DNA of 58,328 nt, filler included, from Rhizaria sp. SCN 62-66 (Eukaryota), in NCBI GenBank assembly GCA_001724265.1. It is 2 parts of 2 records of this genome, joined end to end, with 100 filler letters (N's around TTAATTAATTAA, not from the genome) between each part and the next. Parts side by side here need not be neighbours in the genome. Positions count along the whole stretch, not along the records: positions 1 to 29,225 come from MEDY01000383.1; positions 29,326 to 58,328 come from MEDY01000384.1. One strand, given 5' to 3'. Below the pieces are notes generated by a model. That model had not been told where the DNA came from. It searched no databases and was given only the letters and a program-made list of their open reading frames with translations. This document shows, piece after piece, positions 22,182 through 33,369 of the stretch; within the stretch, counting starts at the first letter, position 1, and each line of letters starts with the position of its first letter. A program made the translations under genes and the position numbers.

Positions 22182-25100
22182 ATGGAGACGCCGATGAAGA
22201 AAAAGGACGCGAACGCGCCGCCCGCGTTCCCGTTCTCGCCCTCAGTCACAATGGAGAAGATGGTCAACAAGGACAAGGAAATCCTTGACTTTGACAAGGA
22301 TATCCCGCTCGAGTCGATGATGACGGGTGCTGAGTTCACCCTCTACCGCCTGCCCGCGACCGCCACCGCCGCCACCGCCGCCTCAGTGCCCGTCGAGCGC
22401 GTGCGCATCTTCATGTACTACCGCCGCGACGTTCAGTTCGGCACGTTCTACTTCCGCGAGCTCTCTTCCTCCGCCGCGGCGGCCCCGCTGCCCGCGCGCT
22501 CCGAGCCCGCGCGCGCCGGTGACCACATCCTGCCTCTGTCTGCGCTCACCGACATCTGGCTCGGCAAGCAGACTGACACGCTGATGCACGCCGACGTGGC
22601 CGCGGCCGAGATCGAACGCTGCCTCTCGATCTTCTACACGTCCTCGGAGAACCCCGTGTGCCTGGACCTCGAGGCTGAGTCCGAGGAGCTGCTAGCGCTC
22701 TGGCTTATCGGCATTCACTACGTCATGAACAACGGCGGCCGCCAGCTCACCAAGAAGGACATCGAGGAGCAGGCTGCCGCCGCCGCCGCCGCGGATGCCG
22801 CCGCCGCGTCCTCCTCCTCCACAGCCGCCGCTGAGCCCGCCCCTGTGTCGACCGTGCCCGTCAGCGCGGCCCCGCACGACAACATCGACCTCGCCAGCGC
22901 TAAGGTCCAGAAGCCCAAGAAGTGGCTCCAGCAGCGCCGCTTTTCCATCCAGGACTACGCGCCGCGCTCCGCCATTGCGGCCGGCGGCATTGCGGCCGCC
23001 TCGCCCTACCGCGCGCCCCTCGTGGCCGCGCCCCTGGGCGGCGGCGCAGTCGACTCCGCCGTCGCCGGCGCTGTCACCGCCAAGCTGTCCCAGCTCAAGA
23101 CCGCGCTCCAGAGCACCGTCGCGCCCGCCGTGCACGCCGTCGCCGCCGCGCAGGCCGCGCACGCACAGGAGACGCGCGCCGCCGTCGCCGCGATGCGCAG
23201 CGAGATGCACACCGCGCTCTCCTCGGTGCTCGCGGCCGCCAAGGCGGAGAAGCAGCAGCAGGACGCGACGCAGACCGCGCTCATCGTCGCGCTCGAGAAG
23301 GAGCGCGCAGAGCGCAAGGTGCTGCTGAACCAGATGATCGAGGAGCACGGCAACATCCGCGTCTTTGCACGCGTGCGCCCGCTGCTGCCCTTCGAGGCCG
23401 GAAACGAGTCGTGCGTCTCGGTCACCGACGACGTCACTGACGACGCCATGACGGGCAACGGCAACAGCAAGCACGGCGGCGCGGGCAAGAGCGTCCTCGC
23501 AGCCATCGCAGGCGACCAAGAGGGCGTCGTCGAGGTCGCCGCAGCTGGCGCCAACAAGCCCGGCGGCGCCTTCATCTTCGACAAGGTCTTCGGCGCGCGC
23601 GCTGCCCAGGAGACCGTTGCCGAGGAGATCGTGCCCTTTGTGCACTCGTGCGTTGACGGCTACAACGTCTGCATCTTCGCCTACGGCCAGACGGGCTCCG
23701 GCAAGACGTACACGATGGAGGGCACTCGCGAGCGCCCCGGCGTCAACTACCGCGCGCTCGGCGAGCTTTTCTCGCGCACCGCCGCGCTGCAGCAGCAGCA
23801 CCAACAGACGGGCGGCGTCGGCGGCTTGACTTTCTCCATAGAAGTCTCGGTGGTGGAGATCTACAACGAGCAGCTGCGCGACCTGCTTGCACGCGACCAG
23901 GCGGCCAACAAGCTCAAGATCGTGCACGACCAAACCGCGGGCGTCTACGTCGCCGGGCTGGCGCGTGTGCCCGTGCACTCGGTCGACCAGGTCCGCTCGC
24001 TGCTTGAGAAGGAGGCCTACCCCAATCGCGCCGTGGGCACCACCAACATGAACGCGCAGTCCTCGCGCTCGCACTGCGTCCTCTTCGTGCACCTCGACCA
24101 GTGCAACGAGGCCACTGGCGCCAAGACCTCCGGCAAGCTCGTGCTCATCGACCTCGCCGGCTCCGAGCGCATCGACAAGTCCGGCGCGACGGGCCAGGCG
24201 CTCGCTGAGGCGCAGAACATCAACCAATCTCTGTCTGCGCTGGGCAACGTGATCCAGGCGCTGCAGAGCAAGAACAAGCACATCCCTTACCGCGACAGCA
24301 AGCTGACGGACATGCTCTCCGACTGTCTCGGCGGCAACGCCAAATGCCTCATGTTCTGCAACGTCAACCCGGCGATGTCGAATCAGAACGAGACGATGTG
24401 CTCTTTGCGCTTCGCCATGCGCGCGCGCAACACTGCGCTTGGCAAGGCGCAGAAGAACGTTAAGCCCGGTGTCTCCGCGGCCGCCAGCGCGGCGCAGATC
24501 GCCGCTCAGGTCGAGCTCAAGAAGATGCAGACAGCCTTCGCGGAGCTCTCTGAGGCCGCCAAGCTCAAGGACAAGAAGATTGCTCAGCTTGAGCTTTCCT
24601 CCGCGTCTGCCTCTTCCTCCGCGAGCGCCAACGCCGCAGCCGCGGCCGCGTCGCGCCAGATCGCTGAGCTCACCGCAAAGCTCGACGCGCAGAGCAAGGA
24701 GCTCGCGCGCCTGCGTTCCGCGCCTACCGTCGCCGCCACCGCCGCGCCCGCGCCGCTGTCGCTCGCGCGCTCCAGCGCCGCGGGCGCGTTCGGCCGCGTC
24801 GCGCGCCTCGACATGGCCTCCGTGATCGACGCCGACCTGGGCGCCGGCCCGTCGACCCCGCGCTCCCGCGCTTCCGTGTCCCGCTCCAGCTCCGGCGCCG
24901 TCCAGCGCAAGCGCCGCAGCTCCGACATGGCGGGCTCCTTCGGCGACGATGGCGCGAGCGAGAACTCGGCCCCCGTCCGCGGCTCCGTCGCCCTCGGCGG
25001 CGCTGCCAAGAAGAGCACTTTTGCGGCCACACGCACCGCGTCCGCGCGCTCCAGCGTCGCCGGCGCCGGCGCGGCCGGGCTCCCGCTCGGCGCCCGCGCC

Positions 25101-25271
25101 GCCGCCGCCGCGGGCGCTGGCGTGACCGGCACTCCCAACCGTACGCGCGCTGCGGGTGTCGTGCTCGGTGCCGCGCGCGGTGCCGTCGGCAACGGCGTCG
25201 CCGCTGGCGCTGCCGCTGGCGCTGCGGGCACCCGCACTCCTGTGCGCCGTGCCGCCACCTTCCGCATCTAA
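22182..25271 (+). CDS. Kinesin-14 (KIFC-like) motor with N-terminal PH-like domain and low-complexity tail; start codon uncertain
   Basis: Kinesin-14 neck ERKVLLNQMIEEHGNIRVFARVRP, DGYNVCIFAYGQTGSGKTYTM, VEIYNE, NAQSSRSH, LIDLAGSER, HIPYRDSKLT. Coiled coils on both sides of the motor. Stop TAA. Confidence 0.93.
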   Translation: METPMKKKDANAPPAFPFSPSVTMEKMVNKDKEILDFDKDIPLESMMTGAEFTLYRLPATATAATAASVPVERVRIFMYYRRDVQFGTFYFRELSSSAAAAPLPARSEPARAGDHILPLSALTDIWLGKQTDTLMHADVAAAEIERCLSIFYTSSENPVCLDLEAESEELLALWLIGIHYVMNNGGRQLTKKDIEEQAAAAAAADAAAASSSSTAAAEPAPVSTVPVSAAPHDNIDLASAKVQKPKKWLQQRRFSIQDYAPRSAIAAGGIAAASPYRAPLVAAPLGGGAVDSAVAGAVTAKLSQLKTALQSTVAPAVHAVAAAQAAHAQETRAAVAAMRSEMHTALSSVLAAAKAEKQQQDATQTALIVALEKERAERKVLLNQMIEEHGNIRVFARVRPLLPFEAGNESCVSVTDDVTDDAMTGNGNSKHGGAGKSVLAAIAGDQEGVVEVAAAGANKPGGAFIFDKVFGARAAQETVAEEIVPFVHSCVDGYNVCIFAYGQTGSGKTYTMEGTRERPGVNYRALGELFSRTAALQQQHQQTGGVGGLTFSIEVSVVEIYNEQLRDLLARDQAANKLKIVHDQTAGVYVAGLARVPVHSVDQVRSLLEKEAYPNRAVGTTNMNAQSSRSHCVLFVHLDQCNEATGAKTSGKLVLIDLAGSERIDKSGATGQALAEAQNINQSLSALGNVIQALQSKNKHIPYRDSKLTDMLSDCLGGNAKCLMFCNVNPAMSNQNETMCSLRFAMRARNTALGKAQKNVKPGVSAAASAAQIAAQVELKKMQTAFAELSEAAKLKDKKIAQLELSSASASSSASANAAAAAASRQIAELTAKLDAQSKELARLRSAPTVAATAAPAPLSLARSSAAGAFGRVARLDMASVIDADLGAGPSTPRSRASVSRSSSGAVQRKRRSSDMAGSFGDDGASENSAPVRGSVALGGAAKKSTFAATRTASARSSVAGAGAAGLPLGARAAAAAGAGVTGTPNRTRAAGVVLGAARGAVGNGVAAGAAAGAAGTRTPVRRAATFRI

Positions 25272-25977
25272 GTGCCGCTAAAGCTATAGTCGTGCTTGGA
25301 TGGTGATTGTTGCTGAGCCTCCGCAAAATTTCACTGGTTATGTTAGTTTGTCTAAAAGTGAGTTGTACTCCTATTTTCTCTTTTATATGTTTTTGCTTTC
25401 TGTAAATGTTTCTTGTTATTGGCTTTGTTTGTTCAAGTCATAATTTGTTGTTTTCTAAAATGAAATGTGAGTGTACTACTTTGTGTAAAGAGTAGCATGT
25501 CACCCATCAGCGATCTCTCTCTCTCGCTTGCACACCTTTATCGCACGTTCGTTAGAGTGCAAGCAAGGACACACACGAAGAGAGACTGTGAGCGCAAACG
25601 CGACAGTGGGCGTGGCAGTGATGCCCTGCCCCCGCGCCGCCACAGCAAGCAACTTTGACACGAACGACATCACTCTCTTCGCAGAATACCATAAGCCTTA
25701 CGCTTTTTAAGGTGCTGTGTCTTAGTCTGCTTGTTCGTTGTCAAAGATATCACATATTTTGTAATACAATAGAGTTTATAAATCAAATCCGCCTCGCGCA
25801 TATGTATGTCAAATACTCGTCTTTTTGTATTCGATAATCTTAAACATATCTCGACACAACAAAATAACATAAAACGAGACAAACAACAAAGCTTGGCAGT
25901 ACATTGGCCAAATCGCTCCTCGCTTCGCTACGGCGCTCAGTCGCTCACCCAGTAGTCGCTGGCTGCTAGTATTGCGC

Positions 25978-28712
25978 TCACAGCCGCCTGAGCGCCTCCA
26001 TACCCGGTGAGAGCCCGGTGCCAGAGTGCGCAGTGGCGGCGCCGCCGCCGGGTTTGTTGCTGTTGATGTCGCTCACCACAACCTCGTCTTCGATCAGCGT
26101 GACGAACCCCATCCGGTTGACGCACGCGACCTGCCGCCCGTTGGGGTTCCAGTCCACGCACGTGATCGCGCTGCTCAGCGCCGACGCCCCACCCGCGCCC
26201 GCGGGCGCGGCGGCGGGTGCACGGGGGTTGTAGGCCGGCGTGTTGACCACGGTCGCTGGCTTGCTCGTGTTGCGCAGGTCCCAGAACGCCACGCGGCCTA
26301 AGTTATCGCCGGCCACAACGTAGCGCGCGTCCGGGTCCGGCGAGAAGGCCGCACGGGTGAGCTCCTGCCGGTTTACGTACGCGCCCAGCGCGCCGCCCAG
26401 CCCGGAGAGCTGCACCGTGGGTTCGCCCAGCGCGGCGCGAACGTCGCGAACCTGGATGCACCCGTCCCAGGAGTTCGTGAGGAGCAGGTTCTGCGTGGCG
26501 TCGAAGTCGATGGAGGTGATCCGCTGGCTGTGCGCGTCCTCGACGACGCCGATCTCGGTCATGTCGCCGTTGCCGTTGCCGGAGCCGGAGCCGGAGTCGG
26601 CGACGGCGGACCCCGAGACAGACCAGAGGCGGATCGACTTGTCCAGGTGGGCCGAGGCGAAGCGGCTGGTGAGGGACGCGACGGCCATGGCGACGGGCGC
26701 CGACTCGACCACGACTGCGCTGCTCGCGTCTCCGCCCGCAACGCTGCCGCCGCCGCCGCCGCCGCCACCGCCGCCGATGTTAATCCCCAGCACCGAGTCG
26801 CTGCTCTCACCAACGTTAACCAAGCGGAAGCAGTCTGTGCGGGAGCGCGCGGCCGTGACGAGCCGGTCGGGCCCGAGGAAGCCGAGCCCGACGACCTCGC
26901 CAGCCAGCGTCCACGTCCGCGGCGCCTGGCGCGTGAAGGTGTTCCAGACGTACGCCTTCTTGTCCGCGCCGCCAAACGCAATCGTGGCCCCGTCGGGTGC
27001 CGTGGAGAGACTCGACAGCGCGTGCTGCGAGGCCAGCACCGACAGACCTGGCTTGCCGGTGCGCGCCTGGTGGAACTTGACCGCGCCATCGGCTCCGGCT
27101 GTTACGAGCACGGCGCCGTCGCAGTGGTAACGGCACGCCGTGGCGGGCACGCCGCGGTGCGCCTCGCGGTGCACGCGCACCGTCACGGGAGGCACGGGCC
27201 GCGACTTGACCCCCCACGCCACGGTGCTGCGCTGCAGGTCGTCGGCGCTGAAACGGAGCACGGTCTCGCCGCCCGCGCCGCCCGCGCCGCCGCGGGTCGG
27301 CGTCGAGCCCGCGCCGCCGGTGAGGGCGTCGCCCGCCGCGCCGAGCGCCACGGAGGCCTTGAGCGCCATCAGCTCGGCGCGCGCGCGGGCCGCTTCGGTC
27401 TCGGCCTGCTTCAGCCGCGCGCCGCGCTCCTGCCACTCGCTCGCGTCCTAAGGAAAAGAGTGATAAAGTTATATACAGGAGTTATATTTTCTGTTAAAAC
27501 GACAAATTATTATAAATTACTTATAAATACAATTAACAATACAATATTTTGAAAATATCACTAAATTACCGCAAGACATGTGATAGCACGTACCTGGTGT
27601 GCGAGCGCGAGCTTGCGTTCGAGCGCCTCGACATATCCCTTGCGGACGGCGCCGTCGCGCGCGGCCTCATCGCGCTCGCGCCGCAGTGCCGCGATTGTGC
27701 CCTCGCGCGCGACGAGCAGCGCGTCCGTGTGCGCGAGCCGTCGGTCGGCGAGGGAGAGGTCGCGGGCGCGGCGGGCGCTGTCGGCGGTCAGCTTGGCAAC
27801 GAGCGCGCGCAGGTCCGCCAGGGACAGGCCCGCGGTCGTGGGGGCCATCGACGCCGCCGCCGCCGCCGCCGCCGCCGCCGAGGATGAGGCTGCGGAGGCT
27901 GTGGCGGCGGCGGTCAGGGTGGCGGGGCCAGCAGCAGAGGCTGAGGCAGCGCCGGCGCTGGCGCTGGCGCTGGCCGTGGGCGACGAGGGAGGCGATGGGC
28001 GCGCACCAGAGCCAGCGCCAGCGCCAGAGCCGGCGGAGGCCGACGAGGAGGCTGTGACGGGGTGGGGGACGCCGAGAGTGCCTGCGGACGAAGACGTGAC
28101 CAGAGACGCGCGGGGGGACCCCGCAACCGCGGCGGCAGCGCCGTGAGCGTGCTCGTGCCCGTGCTGCTGCGCCTGCGCCTGCGCGTTGGCGTTGGCAGAG
28201 TGCGGCTGTTGTTGCGAGTGGAGAGGGGGCAGCGCTGAAGCCAGCGCGGCGGCCTCCTGCTGCTGCTGATGCTGCTCGGCGGGGTCGCTGCTGCCCGCGG
28301 AGCCGCTGCCCCCGCTGAAAAGCAGGTTCGACAGCCCCTGAAAGCCGAGCCAGGCCTGCGGGCGCGAGGCGGCGAACGCGAACGCGGCCGCGAGCGGCGA
28401 CGGCGCGGCGGCGGCAGAGGGGTCGTTCAGCGCGGCCTCCTCGGCCGCGATCGCCGCAGCGGCCGCGCTGGCGTCGGCGTGCGCGGGCAGGGACGCGGCG
28501 CCCGAGGAGATAAGCGTGCGGAGACGCGTGCACTCGCGCGAGAGGGAGACGATGTGGAGCACGGCGTCGTTGTAGTCGGTCTGGAGCTGCGAATAGCCGT
28601 CCACGATCGGCTTGAACGGACGCGTCTCGGCGTCGTTGCGCGCTGTGATCGACGCGCGGATCGAGTTCACCCAGCAAGGGTCACCGGACAAGGCGGGCGG
28701 CGCGGTAGACAT
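25978..28712 (-). CDS. ATG16: Autophagy protein ATG16(L): N-terminal ATG5-binding helix, coiled coil, C-terminal WD40 propeller; exons 28712-27594, 27447-25978
   Basis: N-terminal WVNSIRASITARNDAETRPFKPIVDGYSQL. WD40 repeats (LVTAGADGAVKF, SAHLDKSIRLW, AHSQRITSIDF, LLTNSWDGCI, AAFSPD, ITCVDWNPNG). Phase-0 GT-AG intron 27593-27448 joins two ORFs. Stop TGA. Confidence 0.8.
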
Positions 28713-29225
28713 CGCGGAGAGGCGTGCGTGGCGCTCGGGAGAACGGGGACGGATCGAAGCTATGAGTGATATCGAGGGGTTGAGGGGTCGGGTGTCTCTG
28801 TAGCAGCTATATAAGAGCGAATGTGATGTTCTGTGAGAAATCGTTTTCGGATAGTATCAATAACCCACTTTTGTCTCGAAAAAAACAAGAAATGATCGCC
28901 AATTACGAACATCAATCGAGAAAATCAAGGCTGAAATCGGAACCGAAAGGACGATAGATTTTTGCTGTCACGCGCCCGACTCACCACAAAACAAGTGGGA
29001 AAACAACAAAAGTGGGGGTATGACACACTTAACTCTACACGATGCTCTCATGACTCAATTATTCACGATACTTCGTAGTAACTCCAAATATACTCAGATA
29101 ATTTTATCACATGATCAGGTTAAGTGTTATGTACCCCTGATGTAGAGGTTTATGAAAAACGCAAAAACGCGCCTGGAAGGGGCGGTTTTAAATATCCATA
29201 CAACTTTGCCAAACATCCGTTAAAT

Positions 29226-29325
29226 NNNNNNNNNNNNNNNNNNNNNNNNNNNNNNNNNNNNNNNNNNNNTTAATTAATTAANNNNNNNNNNNNNNNNNNN
29301 NNNNNNNNNNNNNNNNNNNNNNNNN
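29226..29325. other. Artificial contig-joining linker: 44 N + TTAATTAATTAA + 44 N
   Basis: Exactly 100 nt. TTAATTAATTAA puts stops in all six frames and is a known pseudomolecule spacer. The coding sequence to the right begins mid-gene. Confidence 0.97.
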
Positions 29326-29326
29326 C

Positions 29327-31286
29327 GCGGCCGCCGCGGCCGCCCGGCGCGAGCTGCTGACCCGGTGCGGGGCGGCGCGGCGCATCGCGCGGTGGTGGCG
29401 CGCCGCGCTGCCGCGCCGCCGCCGCGCCGTGGCCTGGGCCGCAGCGCAGGTCGCCGCGCTCACCGACCGCGAGCTCAGCGCGGTCGCCGCCGCCGCGCTC
29501 CGCCGCACTGCTCCGAACGACCCACAGCAACAGCAACATCAGCAGCGCGTGCCAGTGACGCAGCAGCACGCGCAGAAGCTGCAGCAGGCGGCGCAGCGGC
29601 GCGCCCCGCCCGCCAGCGCCGAGGCCGCCGTGGCCGCCTGGCGTGGCTGGGCGCGCGCTTACTCCGCCGCCGCACAGTCCGCCGCTACTACCACAGTCGC
29701 ATCTGCTGTGCCGGCGCCGCTGCTGCTGTCTTCGGCCCCGTTCCGGCCGCTGCTGGCGCTGACGCTGGCGCTGGTGGCGGAGATTCGGCTCTGCACGGGT
29801 TTTGCGGCCTCCACGCTGGACTCCTCGCACGGCTCCGACAGCGCCGCGTCGCCCCGGGGCGCTGCAGTCAGCAGCGAGGACCGGGCGCGGGTGCGGGCGC
29901 GCGCGCTGGGGGCGCTGCGGCGCGCGCAGGCGTGCTGGCGAGGCGCCGCGTGCCGCCGCAAGCTCGCGCGCCGCTGGGGCCTGTCCGTGTCGCTGCTCTC
30001 TTCGATGCAGCCGTCCAAGCACGGACTCACCCGCGGCGCGCCGTCCGTTGCGCGCGTGCGCGTCGCCGACCTGGCCCGCCACACCGGCGTCGACGCGCGC
30101 GCGGCGTGTCTGTCGCTCACGCTTGCGCCCGTGCTGACGCCGGAGCAGCGCCGCCAGCAGCAGCAGCAGCAGCAGCAACAGTCCACCGACCAACATTCCG
30201 CCGACCAACAGCAAGAGCGGCAGCAGCAGCAGGGCCCGCGGCGGTGGCTGGCGTCGACGGCCGTGGCTGCGGGCTTTGTCCGCAGCTCCAGCGTCCGCTC
30301 GCTCAGCCTGCCCGCGCTCTCCACACACGCCCAGCCACATGTGTGGCCGCAGTCACAACATAATGGCTGCGGCGCTGGCACGCGGCTGCGCTTTCCGCTG
30401 GCGCGTCTGGCCGCGGCGACGGCGGTCTGGGGCGCGCAGTGGGGCGCGCACCGCGAGCTGGTGCGCGGCGCAGTGTACCGCGCCGCTGAGGAGGCCAAGC
30501 TCGACGCCGCCGCCGAGGCCGAGAGGGCCGCCTTTGAGGCGCAGTTCGCGAAGTGGGAGACGGCGGTACGTCACGAGTCGCTCGCTCGTTGTCGCTATCA
30601 TAATGTGAATTGAGAATTGATATGTTTTGTTTAGCTAACCATACGTTACTGTATGTATTCCTACTCTCTTTTTAATCTTTGCGCTTTGTACTCCACTTCC
30701 GTAGATGTGCCGCCACCACCTGTCGTCGACGTCGCGTCTGCCGGACTCGTGGACGATCCACCGCTCCGGCTGCGGCGCGCACCCGCTCACCGCGCAGCCG
30801 CCGCCTGCGGCCGCGCTGCGCCCCGGCAACTTGCCGCCGCCGCCCGCGACGGAGCCGCCGCTGGGCTCGCTCGAGGCCTACGAGGCCTTCTGCCGCCTCC
30901 ACGCCCACATCGCGTACCCCGACTCTGACGCCGCCGCCAACGGCAACAGCGCCGGGAACAGCGGCGGCGGCGCGGCGTTTGCGCTCAGCGCGGCGGCGGG
31001 CGCGGGCGTGGGACCGACGGTGTACCTATCCCTGGCGTCGGGCGCGCGCTCGCTGCGGCACCCGGCGCTGCGCTTCGCCCGCGCGCTGCGCGACCGCGAG
31101 CGGGCCGCGGGCGAGGCTGTGCTCGTGGACCGGCTGCAGGTGCTCGCCGCGCGCAGGACGCAGGTCGCTGAGCTCGCCGCAGCCGAGGCCGGGCGGGCTG
31201 GGGCGGCCATGCGCGACATGGAGGCTTCGGTCGCGCTCAGTGGGGCGAGTCGCAGCGGGAGCAGCAACAACGTTCGCAACAACTAA
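29327..31286 (+). CDS. IQ-motif-like (calmodulin/centrin-binding) protein, 5'-truncated at the gap; exons <29327-30565, 30705-31286
   Basis: Frame is open from the gap. IQ-like AARRIARWWRAALPRR and ALRRAQACWRGAACRRKL. Phase-0 intron gtacgt...gtag at 30566-30704. C-terminal coiled coil. Stop TAA. Confidence 0.6.
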
Positions 31287-31536
31287 CGTTTTACCATTAC
31301 ATAGCACTTAAAATACACTAGTATATCTTTATATCAAATGAAATAGTCGACAAACATGGTTTTACGCGTATTCTTATTCATAAAAATATTCGTTGAGACA
31401 ACACAAAACAGCAAACATCAACACACAGCAAACATAAAAAATACTACACATTGAGTATGGCACCACACAGACGTCACTAAAAGTCACAATCAAAACGTAT
31501 CCGACAAGCTACAACAGCTATCAGCATATCGTCTTA

Positions 31537-33369
31537 CTACGTGCTGGTTGCCTTCTGCGCGATGTACCAGGCGGGGAACTTGCGTCCCTCGCGGCCCGCC
31601 TCGTCGGTATTGTCGTCGATGAGCTGACAGACCTCGGCGAAGGGCGCCAGCACGTTTACTTCGTGGCCCATGCGGTCCGAGATAAAGCGAACAAGCCGCG
31701 CGATGTCGAGCTGCTCCGCCATGCCGGCCACGACCCACGCGCTGACGAGCGCGTCGGGCAACTTGTGGGTCACTAGTGCCGCGAAGCCCGCGCGCAGCGT
31801 GCGGTCATGCATCAGTAGCGCCGCCGCGGCCGCCCGCCCGCCTGCGCGCAGGTGCGCGTCGCCAGGGGTAGCCGCGAAAGGCACGAAGACGGCCGCGGCT
31901 TCGGCGGGCGAGCCCACGAGGGCGTGCGCGCGCGCGTCGGCGAGACACATGGCGTGCAGGCGCAGCGAAGCCGCCATGACGTCGCGCACGGGCACCGTCT
32001 TTGAGAAGGCCTTAGCCACCGTCAGCGCGCCCGCCTCGGCGGCCAGCTGCAGCGTCGTGGGGCCCGCGCGCGCCATGCGCGCCAGGTCCGCGATGGCGTT
32101 GACAAGCTCGGCGAGCGCGATGGTGGCATATGGCGCCACGGCGGCCTCGGCGCCGCTCGAGGCGGGCTTGCGGCGCGCGGCAATCAGCACGCTCTGCACA
32201 CCCGTCAGCAACGGTTCGCCCGTCGCGCAGAGCTGCGCCGTGAGCGCGAGCACGTCGGCGTAGGGCGCGAGGCCCATTCCGTGGTGCGCGATGAACGCGA
32301 CGGCGAAGCTCAGCGCGCGCGCGGCGAGCGACACGGCCGTGGTGCCCGCCGGCAGCGCGCCCGCGGCGGCGGCCGCCGTGGCCGCGGCAGAAGCGTCGGC
32401 GAGCAAGCGCGGCAGTGTGGCCGTAAGCGCGCGCTGCGCTGCGACGATGTCGAGCGGCGAGAAGTCCTCGGCGGAGGCGCGGAAGGCGCTGGGGCGCGTG
32501 AAGCGGTCGCCTAGCAGGTAGCCCGTGGGGCCTAACGCGCGCGTGCCCTGCACCAACGCGAGCGCGCGCTCAAGCGTGGTCTGCGTGCTGACACCCTGCA
32601 GACGCGCGTCGAGCGCGGCCGCGATCTCGGGCTCCGCCACGGCCTTCTCGATCGCCTCGGCGTTGTACGGGGGCATGCAGGGCGCGGGCACGGGCTGCCC
32701 GTAGGCGGCGACGAACTCCTCGGGCCCGGCACCGGGCAGCGCCTCGTAGTTGCCCAGCACGGCGAAGAGCGCATCGGCGACCTCGACGGTGCGTGACGTC
32801 GCGTGCGCGGGGTCCGTCAGCAGCGCCGTCAATAGCGTCGTCAGCGTCGCGCCCAGCCCAGCGACGGGCGCCGACAGGCCCGCCAGCCAGTGGTGCACGG
32901 CCTTGAGCCCCTGCAGCCACAGCTCGTCCGAGTGCGCGGGCGCAGAGACCAGCTGCGTGGCCACGCGCGTGGCGTAGCCCACGGCGTTGTCGCGCGACAC
33001 GGCGGCGTTGGGCGTCTCGTAGGTGTCGAAGGCCAGCAGGCGCAGGCACGCCGCCGCGTTGCACGCCACGAGCGGCGCCGAGTGCGCGACGAGAGGTAGC
33101 AGCGCCTCAGTGTAGGTCTTGGTGTTGAGCTTCGTGGGGACCTCGGCGGGCGTCCACATGACCTCGAGCAGGACGCGCAGCGACTGCAACGCAGGGAGCA
33201 AATCAGCCGCAGCCGTGTCAGCATCCGAGACAAACTCAGTCACAGCGGGCGTCGAAGTAACGCCAGCGGCGCGCGTCGCCGCAAGGCCGGAGCGCAAGTC
33301 AAACTGCAAAAGCCGACTAACCTCGGTCGACGATGCGATTAGCAGCGGGGCGGGCTTGGTGGAAGCCAT
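31537..33369 (-). CDS. Uncharacterised alpha-helical (ARM/HEAT-like) protein, 610 aa
   Basis: Single long ORF with coding-like GC3, amphipathic Leu/Ala helices and AT-rich flanks. Ends TAG immediately followed by TAA (31536-31534). Confidence 0.7.
   Translation of the reverse strand: MASTKPAPLLIASSTEVSRLLQFDLRSGLAATRAAGVTSTPAVTEFVSDADTAAADLLPALQSLRVLLEVMWTPAEVPTKLNTKTYTEALLPLVAHSAPLVACNAAACLRLLAFDTYETPNAAVSRDNAVGYATRVATQLVSAPAHSDELWLQGLKAVHHWLAGLSAPVAGLGATLTTLLTALLTDPAHATSRTVEVADALFAVLGNYEALPGAGPEEFVAAYGQPVPAPCMPPYNAEAIEKAVAEPEIAAALDARLQGVSTQTTLERALALVQGTRALGPTGYLLGDRFTRPSAFRASAEDFSPLDIVAAQRALTATLPRLLADASAAATAAAAAGALPAGTTAVSLAARALSFAVAFIAHHGMGLAPYADVLALTAQLCATGEPLLTGVQSVLIAARRKPASSGAEAAVAPYATIALAELVNAIADLARMARAGPTTLQLAAEAGALTVAKAFSKTVPVRDVMAASLRLHAMCLADARAHALVGSPAEAAAVFVPFAATPGDAHLRAGGRAAAAALLMHDRTLRAGFAALVTHKLPDALVSAWVVAGMAEQLDIARLVRFISDRMGHEVNVLAPFAEVCQLIDDNTDEAGREGRKFPAWYIAQKATST

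Noticed and set aside
29270-29281. TTAATTAATTAA palindrome as a piggyBac target site or other biological element
   Set aside because: Symmetrically flanked by 44 Ns on each side; it is an assembly linker.
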